Assembly (NCBI GenBank): GCA_964016885.1
Contig: OZ024758.1
Span: 9,362,001 to 9,426,000, forward strand
Direction: 5' to 3'
Length of the DNA stretch: 64,000 nt
DNA from: Eledone cirrhosa
Lineage: Eukaryota
In this document: positions 13,501 to 26,916 of the stretch, in pieces
Position numbering within the stretch: the first letter of the stretch is position 1
How the letters are laid out: every line of letters begins with the position of its first letter
Notes under the pieces: generated by a model
Told to the model about the DNA's origin: nothing
The model's input: the letters and a program-made list of their open reading frames with translations, nothing else
Database searches by the model: none
Translations under genes and position numbers: made by a program

Positions 13501-16500
13501 ATTATGTTGGAGGATTTTAATTTAAATAGGAACCCTGTAAAATGGGTAAGTGGGTGGTTTAGTTTCATAGAACCAGAACTGGTTAGGTGTGGGTTGGTAT
13601 CCAAAGGGTTAAAAGTGATCAAATCATAATATGCCATTATTTTTCTTCCTCTCAGAATAAATTGATTCCTGGTAAACATCGAACAAATATCATTGAACAC
13701 TTTGTGTTCGTGCACCAAATTGTTGGGACATTTAGCGATCAGTTCCTGTTACGTCTACGGCGTAGCAATTATGTAACACCTAAAAATTACTTGGACTTTA
13801 TCTCAACTTATCTGAAACTATTAAAAGAAAAGGACCAGTTTATTAAGGGTCAGGTAAGCAGATATTTACTAAGCTCTCTTTTTTTCAAAGTTACTTTTTA
13901 CCTGTGTATTTATTCTCTTTTAGTAATAGTTAGGGTTAATTAGTGAAGACATGTGGTTTACTGGTTAGAGAATTGGATTCACAATCGTGAGGTTGTGAGT
14001 TTGATTCCAGGAGCGGGTGATATGTTATGTCCTTGAGCAAGACCCTTTATTTCATGTTCTTTCTGCCATGAGTTGCGGCTGGTAGATAGTATCAGTAATG
14101 GAAAGACTAATGGAAACATTGTTTCGTTGGTAAGCAAATGAGGTCTGGGATCTTGTCTATGGATTCCTAGTTGATTCAAACTAAGGAAAGATAAATGGGG
14201 AAACCAATGCTAGATGGTATTTTCATCATTGTATAGGAGATTTCAATGAGTTAAAAGATTTTCAATAATGTATCTGAAAAGAATTTCAAAAATGGGGATT
14301 GAACCTTTGAAACGGGGGAAGCTTTTTATTAGATAAAGAAATAAATTATGTGTGTGACAGATGCACACATCAATATAGTGATTAGCTGGGAGATCAGAGT
14401 CACTCACGGTAGAGATGCTACTTCTCTGAATTGAGAAATCACAGCACCGATACTATGGGCATGTGGTTAGAATGTCTCAGGAAAGAATTGCTGGACAAAT
14501 TTTACAGACAAAACCAACCGGCAGGAGACCCAGGGATAGACCTTGAGCAAGATGGTTGGATAACATCCATGATCTTGGGTGGTTTTGCTTGGGAATTCAG
14601 CCAGATCAGTTGGAGAGAGTTGCTTCTGACAAGACCTGCTGGAAGGAGTGTTTGGAGACTGTCTCCATGATCCTCTCAGGAATAAGTGGGCAAAGAAGAA
14701 CAAGAAGAAGATGGATACACATCTTTTTTTCTTGTTTGTCATCTCTCTTTTATTATTTGTTGTTGTAGTGTGAACGGTTGGCTGGAGGTTTACTGAAAAT
14801 TAAAGAAGCTCGAGAACAACTTGATGTTTTAAATACGAAACTTGTGGTTCAGAAGACTGCCGTGAAGGAGAAAACAGATGCCTGTGAGATTCTTTTAAAA
14901 GACATTTCTGACCGGACAGCTATAACTAATGAGAAGAAACAGTTGGCTGTGGCTAAAGCAAAGGAGATAGAAGAACAGAGTGCCATTATTGCAGTTGAAA
15001 AGGTCTGTGGTGTATTATTACCTTCTCATTGTCACTCCCTCTCCATCCCTATGTCATCCCTATTTCCCTCTTCTTCATCAGTTTAACCCTTTAGTTACCA
15101 ACCCAACCAAAACTGGCTCTGGTTCTATGAAATAAAACCATCCATTTTAAAGGTTTTCAATTTAAATTATAATCTTTTAACATAATTTTATATAAGAATG
15201 TATGTATATGTCTGGAGAGGAGATGGGTTCTGCCATGTTTGAAAAATGCTCTAGAAGGGAGTTATGGCACCATGCATGTATGTATGTATATGTGTATATG
15301 TGAGTATAACATATATCTGTGTGTATTCATGTGTGACTTTATTTGTTTGTGAGAGAGTTTATATGTAACGTCACGCAGTAATACAGAGTACCCGACCTCC
15401 CATGGGTACAAGCTGAAGCATATAGACAATATGCCTCCACACCCTCCCACTGCAAAGTGGACATGTAGGTGCCACGGAAAAAAAAAAGCACCCAGCACTC
15501 ACTGTAAATGAGGTTGGTGTTAGGAAGGGCATCCAGCTGTAGAAATCAAGCCAGAATCAGTTCCCGTATGAGCAAGACAAGGTCAGCCGACCAGACACTG
15601 CCCACAACAGGACAACCCGTCTAACGCATGCTAGCATGGAAGAACGGACGTAAAACAGTGATGATGATGATGATGATTTAACCCTCTAAACCTAACAGTT
15701 TGTTATACGGAGTTATTCATAATAAAATTGCCACTTTCTGTTATGTTTTTGTTCAGGAAGAAGCAGAGGAGGCATTGAATGAAGCTCTGCCAGCACTGGA
15801 AGCTGCTCGACTGGCACTTGACGACCTTGATAAATCAGATGTGACAGAAATTAGGTGAGGATATTACCACATTCAGAATAGACTGTCCTCCTCATACCCC
15901 ACCTCTCTGCTTTCTCCATAGTGGCACTACCACAGAGGGTTATACTTACGGGGGTCGATAAATAAAGTACCAGTAATGCACTGGGATAATTGCTGGCCTT
16001 GTGCCAAAAGTAGAAACAGTTATTATTTCTTCCTTCCACTTTTTTATCATCATCATCATCATCATCATTGTTTTACATCAATATTTTCCATGCTAGTATG
16101 GGCTTGACAGGACTTCTCGTGGCAATGTTTTACAGCCTTTTCTCACATCTTTAGTCCCGATCTTTTAGTCCCGCTCTTTTTTCTTCTCTTTATTCTATCT
16201 TCCTGTTTATTATTTTAACCCTTTCCTTTTTAGATACTTTCACTATTCTATACTTCTGTTCAACAATAAATTCATTTTAATTTCTCATTAACTTTGCTGT
16301 TATATTACAGATCGTTTGCGAAGCCACCCAAAGCAGTGCAAGATGTGTGTGAATGTATTGTCATTGTTAAGGGTATTCGTGAAGTGAGCTGGAAATCAGC
16401 AAGAGGTATGATGTCGGAGGCAAATTTCCTACGCCAACTGACAGAAATGGATGTAAATTCCATCTCCTCAGCAGCCCAGAAACAAGTAAAAGGTAAAAGC

Positions 16501-19500
16501 CTATTAAATTGCATTAGAACTAAAACATGAATGTAGAAAGTGCTGAAATGGCCCTCATTACCAACTATTGTTAACATTCTGACTATGTGTGGATTATTTT
16601 GTTGAGTTTTCTTCTACTCTTTGGTATTTAAAATACATTCATTTTATGGTTTAAATTAAAATAATCAGAGATAGACAAAAACATTGATAAAAAAAAAAAA
16701 ATTTGTTGGAAATTTTTGGTTCTTTCAAAAGGCTGCACCGAATGGCATAGAAGGTCGCAGGTACCCATCTCTGGCTTAGGGTCTCAAAGGACTTAATATG
16801 GCCCTGCTGTCCATGTGATGTATCTGCAACACATTTTAAACTCATCATCTACAAAAAACAAGCAATCTTTGAATTGTAGAGTAATTTACTTCTAAGAAGT
16901 TGCCATGTGTGTGTGTGTGAGAGAACATTATGAACCCTTTTGTCAGGAGACAGCCACCCTACACCTACCCTGATATGTTGTCTGCCTCATGGTCCATTGT
17001 TTTTATCACCACAGAGATGTGGAAAATGAGAACAATATGGTAGAGATTTGCAATCCTTAAAGAGTTTTGCTAATAAGTAAACAGAAGAATCAATGGACAA
17101 GATTCCAGACCTCATTCACTTACCCAGTCGGGTGGAACAAGGCAAATTGAACCAAGGAAACAATGTTTCCATTGGTGGTTTCATTGTTGATACTATCTAT
17201 GGATCCTGGTAGAAAGAGCAACCTGAAATAAAGTGTCTTGCTTAAGGACATCACACATTTCCCGGTCCGGGAATTGAACTTACAACTTCACGATTGTGAA
17301 TTCAATTCTCTAACCACTAAGTCACACACCTTCATAAGTAAAAAGCTTCCTGTTACTATAATTTTGGCTTATATTCAAAGTAATAGGCTAAATAACCAAG
17401 TCATGACACAAACTGTTGTTTGAAAGAGAGATGGAACCAATTTTACTGAAGCATAAATTGTTTACTATTGACTGTATTTTATAGCCAGACTAAAGGCGTT
17501 AGATATATCCCAAGAAGATATGAGACAGGTTAGCAAAGCTGGTGCAGGGCTGCTGAAGTTTGTAGAAGCTGTGATGGGTTACTGTGAAGTAGCAAAAGAA
17601 ATCAAACCCAAGCGAGAAAAGGTCAGTATATATTTATGTAATCTTCTCGCAAATATCTGGAACAGAAGATGTTGATAAAATCGTGTCCAGTTATTTGAGC
17701 AAAGTCATTTTGAGCAAAGTTAAAATTATGTGCATTTTGAGCGATGCCTATTAAGCAATGTCAGTTTGAGCAAACCTCAAACTGTTTTTTGATAAAAATA
17801 GAAATATACTAGAAATCTACAAGTTTTTTGGTACAAATAATTACACCTTCACAATGTTTAAATAAAAAATTATTAAAAATCGACACATTTTATGGTAGAA
17901 AGAACTAAATATTCACAATGTTTAAAATCAAAAAAATTAATTCTAGAAAGAATAAATATCCAAAAATTAATGTTGTAGACAAGATGTCTAAGATAATCTG
18001 TAATTTGTAAATCTTCTCTTGATTCAACAATACTTTTAGTTCTTCTTTCTACCCAGGCTGTTGTGAACATTTCCAGTAAACTAAAGCAAAGACTAATTTT
18101 GAATATGATGTAGTCATAGTATTGTTTTTGTCTTGTTAATGTAGATTTTGCTGTACTGGATGTTTTTGAAATTAATAAACTAAACGTTAACTTTCCAGTT
18201 GGCCCGGCTTGAGAAAAACTTCCATCAGGCTGAGAAAGAATTAGAAAAGATCAATCGAGAAGTTGCAGCTCTTGAAGCAAATTTGAACGAGTTAGCCAAA
18301 AATTATGAGCATGCTACATATGAGCGGCAGAAGTTACAAGAAGAAGCAGATTTGATGGAGAGGCGTCTTATTGCTGCAGACAAACTGATATCGGGTCTTA
18401 GTTCTGAAAATGAAAGGTAAAATCCTTGTTACTATATATTTTTTAAATTCTTTTACAGGTTCTAATCATTACGCTGTGGCCATGCTGGGGCACCACCTTG
18501 ATTTAGTCGGGCATATTGGCCCCCCAGGACTTATTTTACTGGTCTCTATGTTTTGTTTTTGTCTCACACTACTAAGTTGTCAGATCTAAACACAGACACA
18601 AATGTAAACATAGATACTTATTTTATTTGTGAATGGCTTCTTTGTCTTATATTTGTAAGGTGGGTACCCTGTATTACTGCGTGACGCCAGAAGTAAACAT
18701 AGATACTTATTTTATTTGTGAATGGCTTCTTTGTCTTATATTTGTTAGGTGGGTAAAGGACTTGAAACAGCTGAAAGAAAAAGGTATCCGTCTTTTGGGA
18801 GATTGCCTGCTGGCAGCTGCATTTCTTAGCTATGTGGGTGCATTCAGCTGGGAATACCGCACAGAGCTGATTTATAACGAGTGGCTAAAGGATTTGACTA
18901 AAAGAAAGGTCCCACTCAGTTCTCCATACAAACTTGAAGATATCCTTACAACCGATGTAGAAATTAGTCAGTAAGTACTTTTTTTTTTTTCCAAAGTTTA
19001 ATTTAACAAAAAACTTAGAATAGTATCAAAGAGGTTTTGCTTTGTACAGGGGCAGCAACCTCATATAAGCAGAAGAGCAAAACAATAAGGTTTCTTTCCT
19101 TGTAGGGATGTGTGTCTGTGAGCTTGTGTGAAACTAGGGATTTATGGTCAGAGTATTTGGGGTGAGTATGGTTCATGGACTATGTAGCTAGACAACAGTG
19201 ATGTTTTGGGGGAGGACTGGTAAGCAGAGACATAACTAGGGAAAATGCCCATCATCTATGTTTAGCTTATGGTCCTAATAATTTATATAAAGGGTTTAAT
19301 GATCCAGCCACCATAGTGTTCTCACCCATGACAGAGACATCATACATCTGGAGGAGTTTCTTTTTTCACTCTCCGACGATAGATTTTCTGTCTTTAGAGA
19401 GTGCTCCTAGTCCAAGTGGTGCCTCTCCTTCATGTGGAGCCTATGGCACGCGCAATGCTTGCCATACTCTCGTTACGCCTCTGCTTGCAAGGCAAGTGAT

Positions 19501-21490
19501 TTTACATTTCCCACTTACAATAACAGTTTTAAGAGAAAGAAGAAAGTTGGTTATATGAACCCTACTACGTAACTGGTACTTTATCAACCCTGGTAGAATG
19601 AAAGGCAAAGTTGTCCTCAATGGGATTTGAATGTGGAATGCAAAGCATTTTGTCTAATGGTCACCAACACTGGCAATCCACTGCTCTTTTCTACTCAACA
19701 ATAATGAAAACTGTAGTAAGTTCAAATAATTGTTTCTACTTTTGGCACAAGGCCAGCAATTACCCAGTGCATTACTGATAGTTTATTTTATCGACCCCGT
19801 AAGGATAAAAGGCAAAGTTAACCTTGGCGGGATTTGAACTCAGATCGTAAAGGCTCATATCGTAAACTCCATGCTGCAAAGCATGGCGTCCAACCCTCTA
19901 CCGATACTGCCAATACACAATGTTTGGTTGGCTTTTGGGCAACAAGCTTGAATCTAGAAGTTTAGATGCACCAATGTAAGTAATACTATAACTAGTAATA
20001 TAGTAAAGTTGTACACTTCTGAGATATTTATAGGGAGTAGATGATCAGTTTTACTTCCTAGATGACATAACTGGTGCTGAAGTAGAGCTAGGGTTAGATA
20101 GGGATGAAAGAAGCTCAGAGAACTGTTAATTCTATTAGCATTAAAGTGTTCATCATCATTTTACATCTGCTTTTCCATATTAGTATATGAGGGTCAGCTG
20201 AAAAGTTCATAGGCTGATCAAGATACTCTCATGGAATGACCAAATGAACTTTATTTTTCAACATAGTCCCTGGAAAGAAACAATGCAGTTATTGATAAAA
20301 AGAGTTGAAATTAATGCATCCAAGATTTCACAGCTCAAGCATCATTCCTTCATAGTCAGCCTATGAACTTTTCAGCTGACCTTCGTAGGTTGGATAGGTA
20401 GGTCATTACAGACCAAGGCAGTACTTATTGGCTATACTGTTCACCTAGACCAACTGAGGGCCACATTTAAAAGTTTAGGAAGAGTGTATTTACTTGAAAT
20501 ATTGTCTTTTGACCAGTTGGACATCAGAAGGCCTTCCCCCAGATGAACTCTCAATTCAGAATGGTGTGTTAACCACCCGGTCAAGTCGCTTCCCATTATG
20601 TATTGACCCACAACAACAGGCTCTTAACTGGATTAAAAAGAAGGAAGAGGGAAAAAACCTCAAAGTAAGGACTTTCCGTTGCATTTAAATATTATTGTTC
20701 ATTTTAATGTTACGTTTAATAGTAAATATAATTTACAAGTCTACAACACTACCACAGAGAAAAATCAACAAAACCAAACATGACTCCCAAACTACCATAC
20801 ATCATATCACTATTACCATACAACACACAAGCTCTATTATATAACACTGCTATATATCATATTCAGTTTTATAACTATCTATCTCTGGTTCCCAAACCGT
20901 GTGCCATGGCACACTGATGTGCCACGGATGTACCTAGATGTGCTGCAAAAGACTAAGATTAAGTTTTATGATGTGAAAAATACAAACTGAAATTCGTAGT
21001 AAAGGTCATATAAAGCTGTCAAAGTGGTAAACATGTAAAGTTTAGTAACAAGATTGAAAAATAGCACAATCTGTCAACTGTGTTAGGAATGAGAGGTGGT
21101 TTGTACCATACAATGTGTAATGTAAATGTGAGAGAAAGGCAGAGCTTGGATGAAGTGAGGGAGAAACTGGGTTTAAGAGGAATCCAAAGTGGAAGGAAGT
21201 TGCAGTAGAGGTAGACCAAGGAAGACTTGGGCAGAGGTGGTGAGAGCTGATCTCAGATCGCTGAGGCTCACAGAGGAAATGATTGAGGAACGTGGAGAGA
21301 TGCTGCGTAACGAACAGGATGAATGAAGAGACGCTGTGCTGAATAGGACCCGTCCAACCCATGCGACTGTGGAAAAATGGACGTAAAAACGGTGACGATG
21401 ATGATGAAAGTGTGGCAGCATATTTTTACTTTTTGGAAAATGTGCCATGAGTAAACAAAAAGTTTGGGAACCACTGACTTATCTGTACTG

Positions 21491-21536
<46 letters not shown>

Positions 21537-22626
21537 ATACTACTATATTATTTATCTATTAGGTGTGCACTTTCAATGATGCTGACTTCCTCAAGCAATT
21601 AGAAATGGCCATTAAATACGGATTTCCATTCCTTTTTCGAGACGTTGATGAATACATCGACCCTGTTATTAACAATGTGCTTGAGAAAAACATCAAAGGT
21701 TAGTTAAATCACTTCAGAAACTTTAATATATCATCATTGTTTTCCTTGGCTCTGTTGATATATCTATCATATATTCATGTCTAAATCTGTTATTTTTGTT
21801 GATATATCATATATTTAAGTCTGTAGAGTAGAGAAGCTACTTGCTTGGCGTGTGTCAATCTGTCTATGCATGATTTGGCATAATATTAATAAGAAAGAAT
21901 GTTAAATCATTGTTATTATTTGTTATGGTGAGAAATGTAACGTCTGTTAGAGGCAAAGTTAGCTGTAAAGTGAATGTTTGTTGAAGTAGTTGTAGTCCAG
22001 TCCAGTTGTAGGCTTTGTAGAAAATATTACGAGACTTTATAATATTTTACAAGTTTTTTTTTTATAATCGACTACAAAAGTTAAGCTGGGTTGACAAGTC
22101 AAAGAAAAGAACCAACAAAATTAAGAGTTTTAAGAAGTAAAGAAAAGCGCTGTACCGGGCCGAAAGAGGCCAACGGGCCAAAGTGAAAATCTCACCGTTA
22201 CATAATATCGTGTTTTCCTTTCAGAGTCCAAGCTGCAAGAGAGTGTGTAAACGAAAGAAACGGGAAAATCATTGAGCTGGCGGAAGTTGATATATATCCA
22301 TACACGGCTTACGATTGGTCTGACTCATACGTGGCTTACGATTGGTCTGACTTTAGCCAAATCACGCCTGGATAGGTTATTGATACACGCCAAGCAAGTA
22401 GCTCTGCTACAAGTCTAAATCTGTTCTTTCTGTTGATATATCATATATTTAAGCCTAAATCTGTTCTCTCTGTTAAAGTTGTATTGATACAGAAGTAATA
22501 GTGATGGAATTGATAAATATTCCATGGTACAATTCCTGTCTTGTTTTACTAACATTGTCATTTATTTTTGTATTTGGGATTCCTACATTTTTTAATGAAT
22601 ATATATATATGTATCTATAGTTATAC

Positions 22627-22693
<67 letters not shown>

Positions 22694-22885
22694 GTAGAAC
22701 ACTGGAGGGTTATATCTGTGTAGTAGAGTACTCAGTCCATGGGACGAGTTTGGTAGAAGTAGTTCCACAACTGTTAGTTCGCCATACCGAGAACGAATGT
22801 TTCACCTTGTTCAGATCCTCAGCTGAGGATCCGCATAAGGTGAAACATTTGTTCTCGGTATGGTGAACTAACTGTTGTGGAACTA

Positions 22886-22938
<53 letters not shown>

Positions 22939-24651
22939 AAGAAGTTATAGTTCACTTGAAGCGTTGTGTAATGAGGTATAAACGTTTGTATTTGTAAAGC
23001 CAAAACAATGCAGGTATGGACATAGAATAAAAAATGCAAATGCAAAAGATATTGTTGACAATTAGTCTTTTACCTTAGATTTATTTAAATGTCCTTAATT
23101 TTCGAGATAATATCTCTTCTTCAGAGGGAAGTAAAGCGGTTAAACCAGTGTTCTAAAAAGCTATTTAGAACACTGGTTTAACCGCTTTACTTCCCTCCGA
23201 AGAAGAGATATTATCTCGAAAATTAAGGACATTTAAATAAATTTAAGGTAAAAAACTAATTGTCAACAATATCTTTTGCATTTGCATTTTTTATTCTATG
23301 TCCATACCTGAATTGTTTTGGCTTTACAAATACAAACGTTTATATATATATATATATATCGTCTGTAGAAAGGTAACACACAAGTTGATATATATAAAAA
23401 CAAATAGTAGAAAGGGAAAAGATTTTTTCTGTAGAAAACGGTGAGATATTTTTAGTGAAATTTCAAAGCATTAATTTATTTACAATACTGGTTTCTGCAT
23501 TAAATGCATTGTCTATTGCAGATATACAGAATATTGTTAAGTTGCATATTTGTACAAATAGTGAAAATAATGATAATAACAATTAAAAAAAAAAAAATAT
23601 GGAGAGGGGAAGAAAAGTTAATTTTCACATACGTGATCCTTCAGAGAAGAAAGTCATTTTGTCTGTCCATCCTTCTCTGCTAATGGTTAAAACCTTTTGT
23701 CCTTTCTTTTCTAGTTAGAAATATTTCCGGTGTCATTAACAGTAGATTTATTTTTGAGAAAATGAAAATATCTCGTCCGATTCATTAAATTCATTGTTTA
23801 TGTGTTCACATTGGGGTGAGATTTAGAGTTCCTTATGTCGCAGCCTCAGTCAGGACTAAGACTCAATGATAGATCTCCAGATAAGTCTGTCTGTCGCTCA
23901 TATGCTTTGCTTAGATCATCTAAGCATTTTTATTTTTTTTTATTTTTGTTATTATCATTATTTTCACTATTTGTACAAATATGCAACTTAACAATATTCT
24001 ACATATCCGCAACTGACAATACATATAATGCTGAAACCCTATTTTATAAGCATCTCCGTATATGAGCACACCACTCTTTATATTAATATATATATATTTA
24101 TATATACACTATATTTGTGCATAAAGCAACACCCCCTTATGCAGCAGCAATATATTTTCTCACTGCACACTCTAGTCTAATGTGTTTGATGATTGTTGTT
24201 AAAGTGCGACAGGCTTCAAAGGTCAGTGAGGAAAAGGCAAATGAGGAAGCTGCTAAACCAGATCCAACCTCTAAAGCACCCAAAGGGAAGTCTAGCAGGA
24301 GGCTCCTCCCCAAACCAAACAAGAAAAAAAATAGGGGTAACATTTTTGATTTATGTTCAGTGAACTGTGTCGGCTTAGAACATGTAAAGTGTCCAAATCA
24401 TGGATACTTAAAACACCACACTGCACCACTACACTGTTTCACCAGCTTTTCTCAGGAATGGTTTTCTATTATGTTCTCATCACTGTTTGAAGTTTGGCAC
24501 CATTGAATGCTGTTATTTTATACAAACACCACTCACCATCTTTACAGGAAATGGATATGTAAATATTGTTGTTTTGTTGTTCGGTAGGTAACATACATGA
24601 CTCACTGGGATATCTTTATTATATGTCTTCTAATTCTCTCTTACCAAATGC

Positions 24652-24683
<32 letters not shown>

Positions 24684-24897
24684 GCAGGGGAGTGCATGGC
24701 TCTGATTAACGCCAACCAGCGTGAAACAGACTGTCAGCTTCTCTCCCTTCTTTCGCCGAAAAGAAGTAAGTGACATAGTCACTACTTTAAAACCGATAGC
24801 GTATAGTCTTCAAAATGTTTTTAATTAAACATACGGTATATTGCCAAATATACCATACATACATTCATGTATACATCGCTATTTCAGAGCACTAATC

Positions 24898-24934
<37 letters not shown>

Positions 24935-25380
24935 CAGAGTACTCAATACTTTGGGTAGTAGAGTGGGTAATAGGAACATGGTTGACCCCGACGCCAGAGC
25001 TCAAGTCGTTTTGATGGCTATTTCTGGACATAATTCCAGATTGCCAGCGGTTAAAAATACAGTTAAAAATACAGATATAAATATATATATATATAGTCTA
25101 TCAAAGTTCTTTCGTCACACATCTGTGACATCATCAGTGGTACTATTATGTTTCCTGCCATTGTATTGTAAATTTTACGCCATCTTTATTTAATTAATTT
25201 ATTTATTTCTTCTTGTCTCTGTGCATGCGTTTGTGTGTGTGTATAATGTTTGGTGTGTGTGTTCACGTTTGAGAGTATGTGTTTTTGTATTCTATCTTTG
25301 TTCACTAGTGTGTGTTTATATGTGTTTGTTGTTATTGTACTTATATATATATATATGTGTGTGTGTGTGTATATATATAC

Positions 25381-25451
<71 letters not shown>

Positions 25452-26162
25452 TACACATATACACATATATATATATGTATATATATACATATATATAATA
25501 ATAATGAATATAATAATGAAATTATTGTGTAAAGTGCTCAGGTGCACTACAACTCGTCAAAGGTGCCTGTATAGTACATAGAATAATACATAAATGTCAG
25601 GGAAGGGAATAGTGTATGAGTCATGATATACATGTGTGTACGTGTATGGAGGGGGAATCTCAGGAAGCATCGAGGTTTTAAAGGATGCAGTGTCTCGACA
25701 GCTAACAACTGATGCAGGTAGTTTGTTCCATGGAGATTTTAAAGGATGCAGTGTCTCGACAGCTAACAACTGATGCAGGTAGTTTGTTCCATGCTTCAGC
25801 AACTCTGAACGTGAAAAAATGTTTCAGAAAGTCATGGGAGCTGTGCTGTTTTCTGACTTTGTGGGCATGCCCACATGCGCTAGACACATGGAAATCAAAA
25901 AGGTACTCAGGGTTGTTGTTGGCAAGATGGTTAATAATCTTGTGGGTGTTTACCAAGTCAGTTGCCAGGCGTCGGAGAATAGACTTCCTGATGACGAAAG
26001 GATTTTCTCCATGTTGTTCCATTCGGAAACCATGTTTATACCCTTTCAGAAACTAATTAGTTAGAGTGAAATTTTAGTAAGTAAGTTAATTTTTATAATT
26101 TTCTTATTTTACGTCTTTCATATGTGTATATATATGTATAAGCAGGGAAAAGCGGACGTAAA

Positions 26163-26200
<38 letters not shown>

Positions 26201-26884
26201 ATGTATATATATATACATATATATATATATAGAGAAAAAATAAAAAGGAAAACAATATATTTTTCTTCCTAATAATCATTTTTTTCTCCCTGTTTTCATA
26301 TATATATATATATATGTGTGTGTGTGTATATATATATATCTATATATATATATATATATATATATACCGCTTCAGTTACTACTCCTTAAGTTGTTTTTTC
26401 GGTATGCTAAATGGACTACAGAGTTGGAGAGTGTGAGCACTCAATGACAATGATAAAGATAAAGATAAATTCACCTCCTGCTGTTGGACGAGAATGCAAG
26501 CACCCCTCTTTATTTCAGACATGGAAGACCAAGACCAACATAATTCCGTCTCCCACACCCCTCCCTGTGCCCACATCCCGTTCAGTGAGATCCAGAGTTG
26601 GTACTATGAACGTAGGCACATTGAAAAGTTGCTCAAATGAGGTTTTAGAGATGCTTGAACGCAAGGAAGTTGGTGTTTGTTGTGTTGGAGAGACTAGGTG
26701 GAGGGGTGGGTCTGCTAGATTCATTGTGGGCAAAAAATGTGTCTGTTGTAAATACTCTTGTAGTCCCTCCCTCATGAAGAATGCACTTCCTAACATAGCC
26801 TAATAGTTAGTGACCTCATAGTCAGGACTAGACGTACTCGACGACAGATGACTATGACAGAGGACTACTAACTGCCCAGATGGT

Positions 26885-26916
<32 letters not shown>

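Noticed and set aside
24117-24506. 129-aa ORF in the exon 19-20 intron as a nested gene or extra exon
   Set aside because: The dynein frame joins cleanly from 21698 to 27311 and the ORF has no recognisable domain.
25986-26002. CTGATGACGAAA
   Set aside because: No stem II and lies within LINE coding sequence; chance match.
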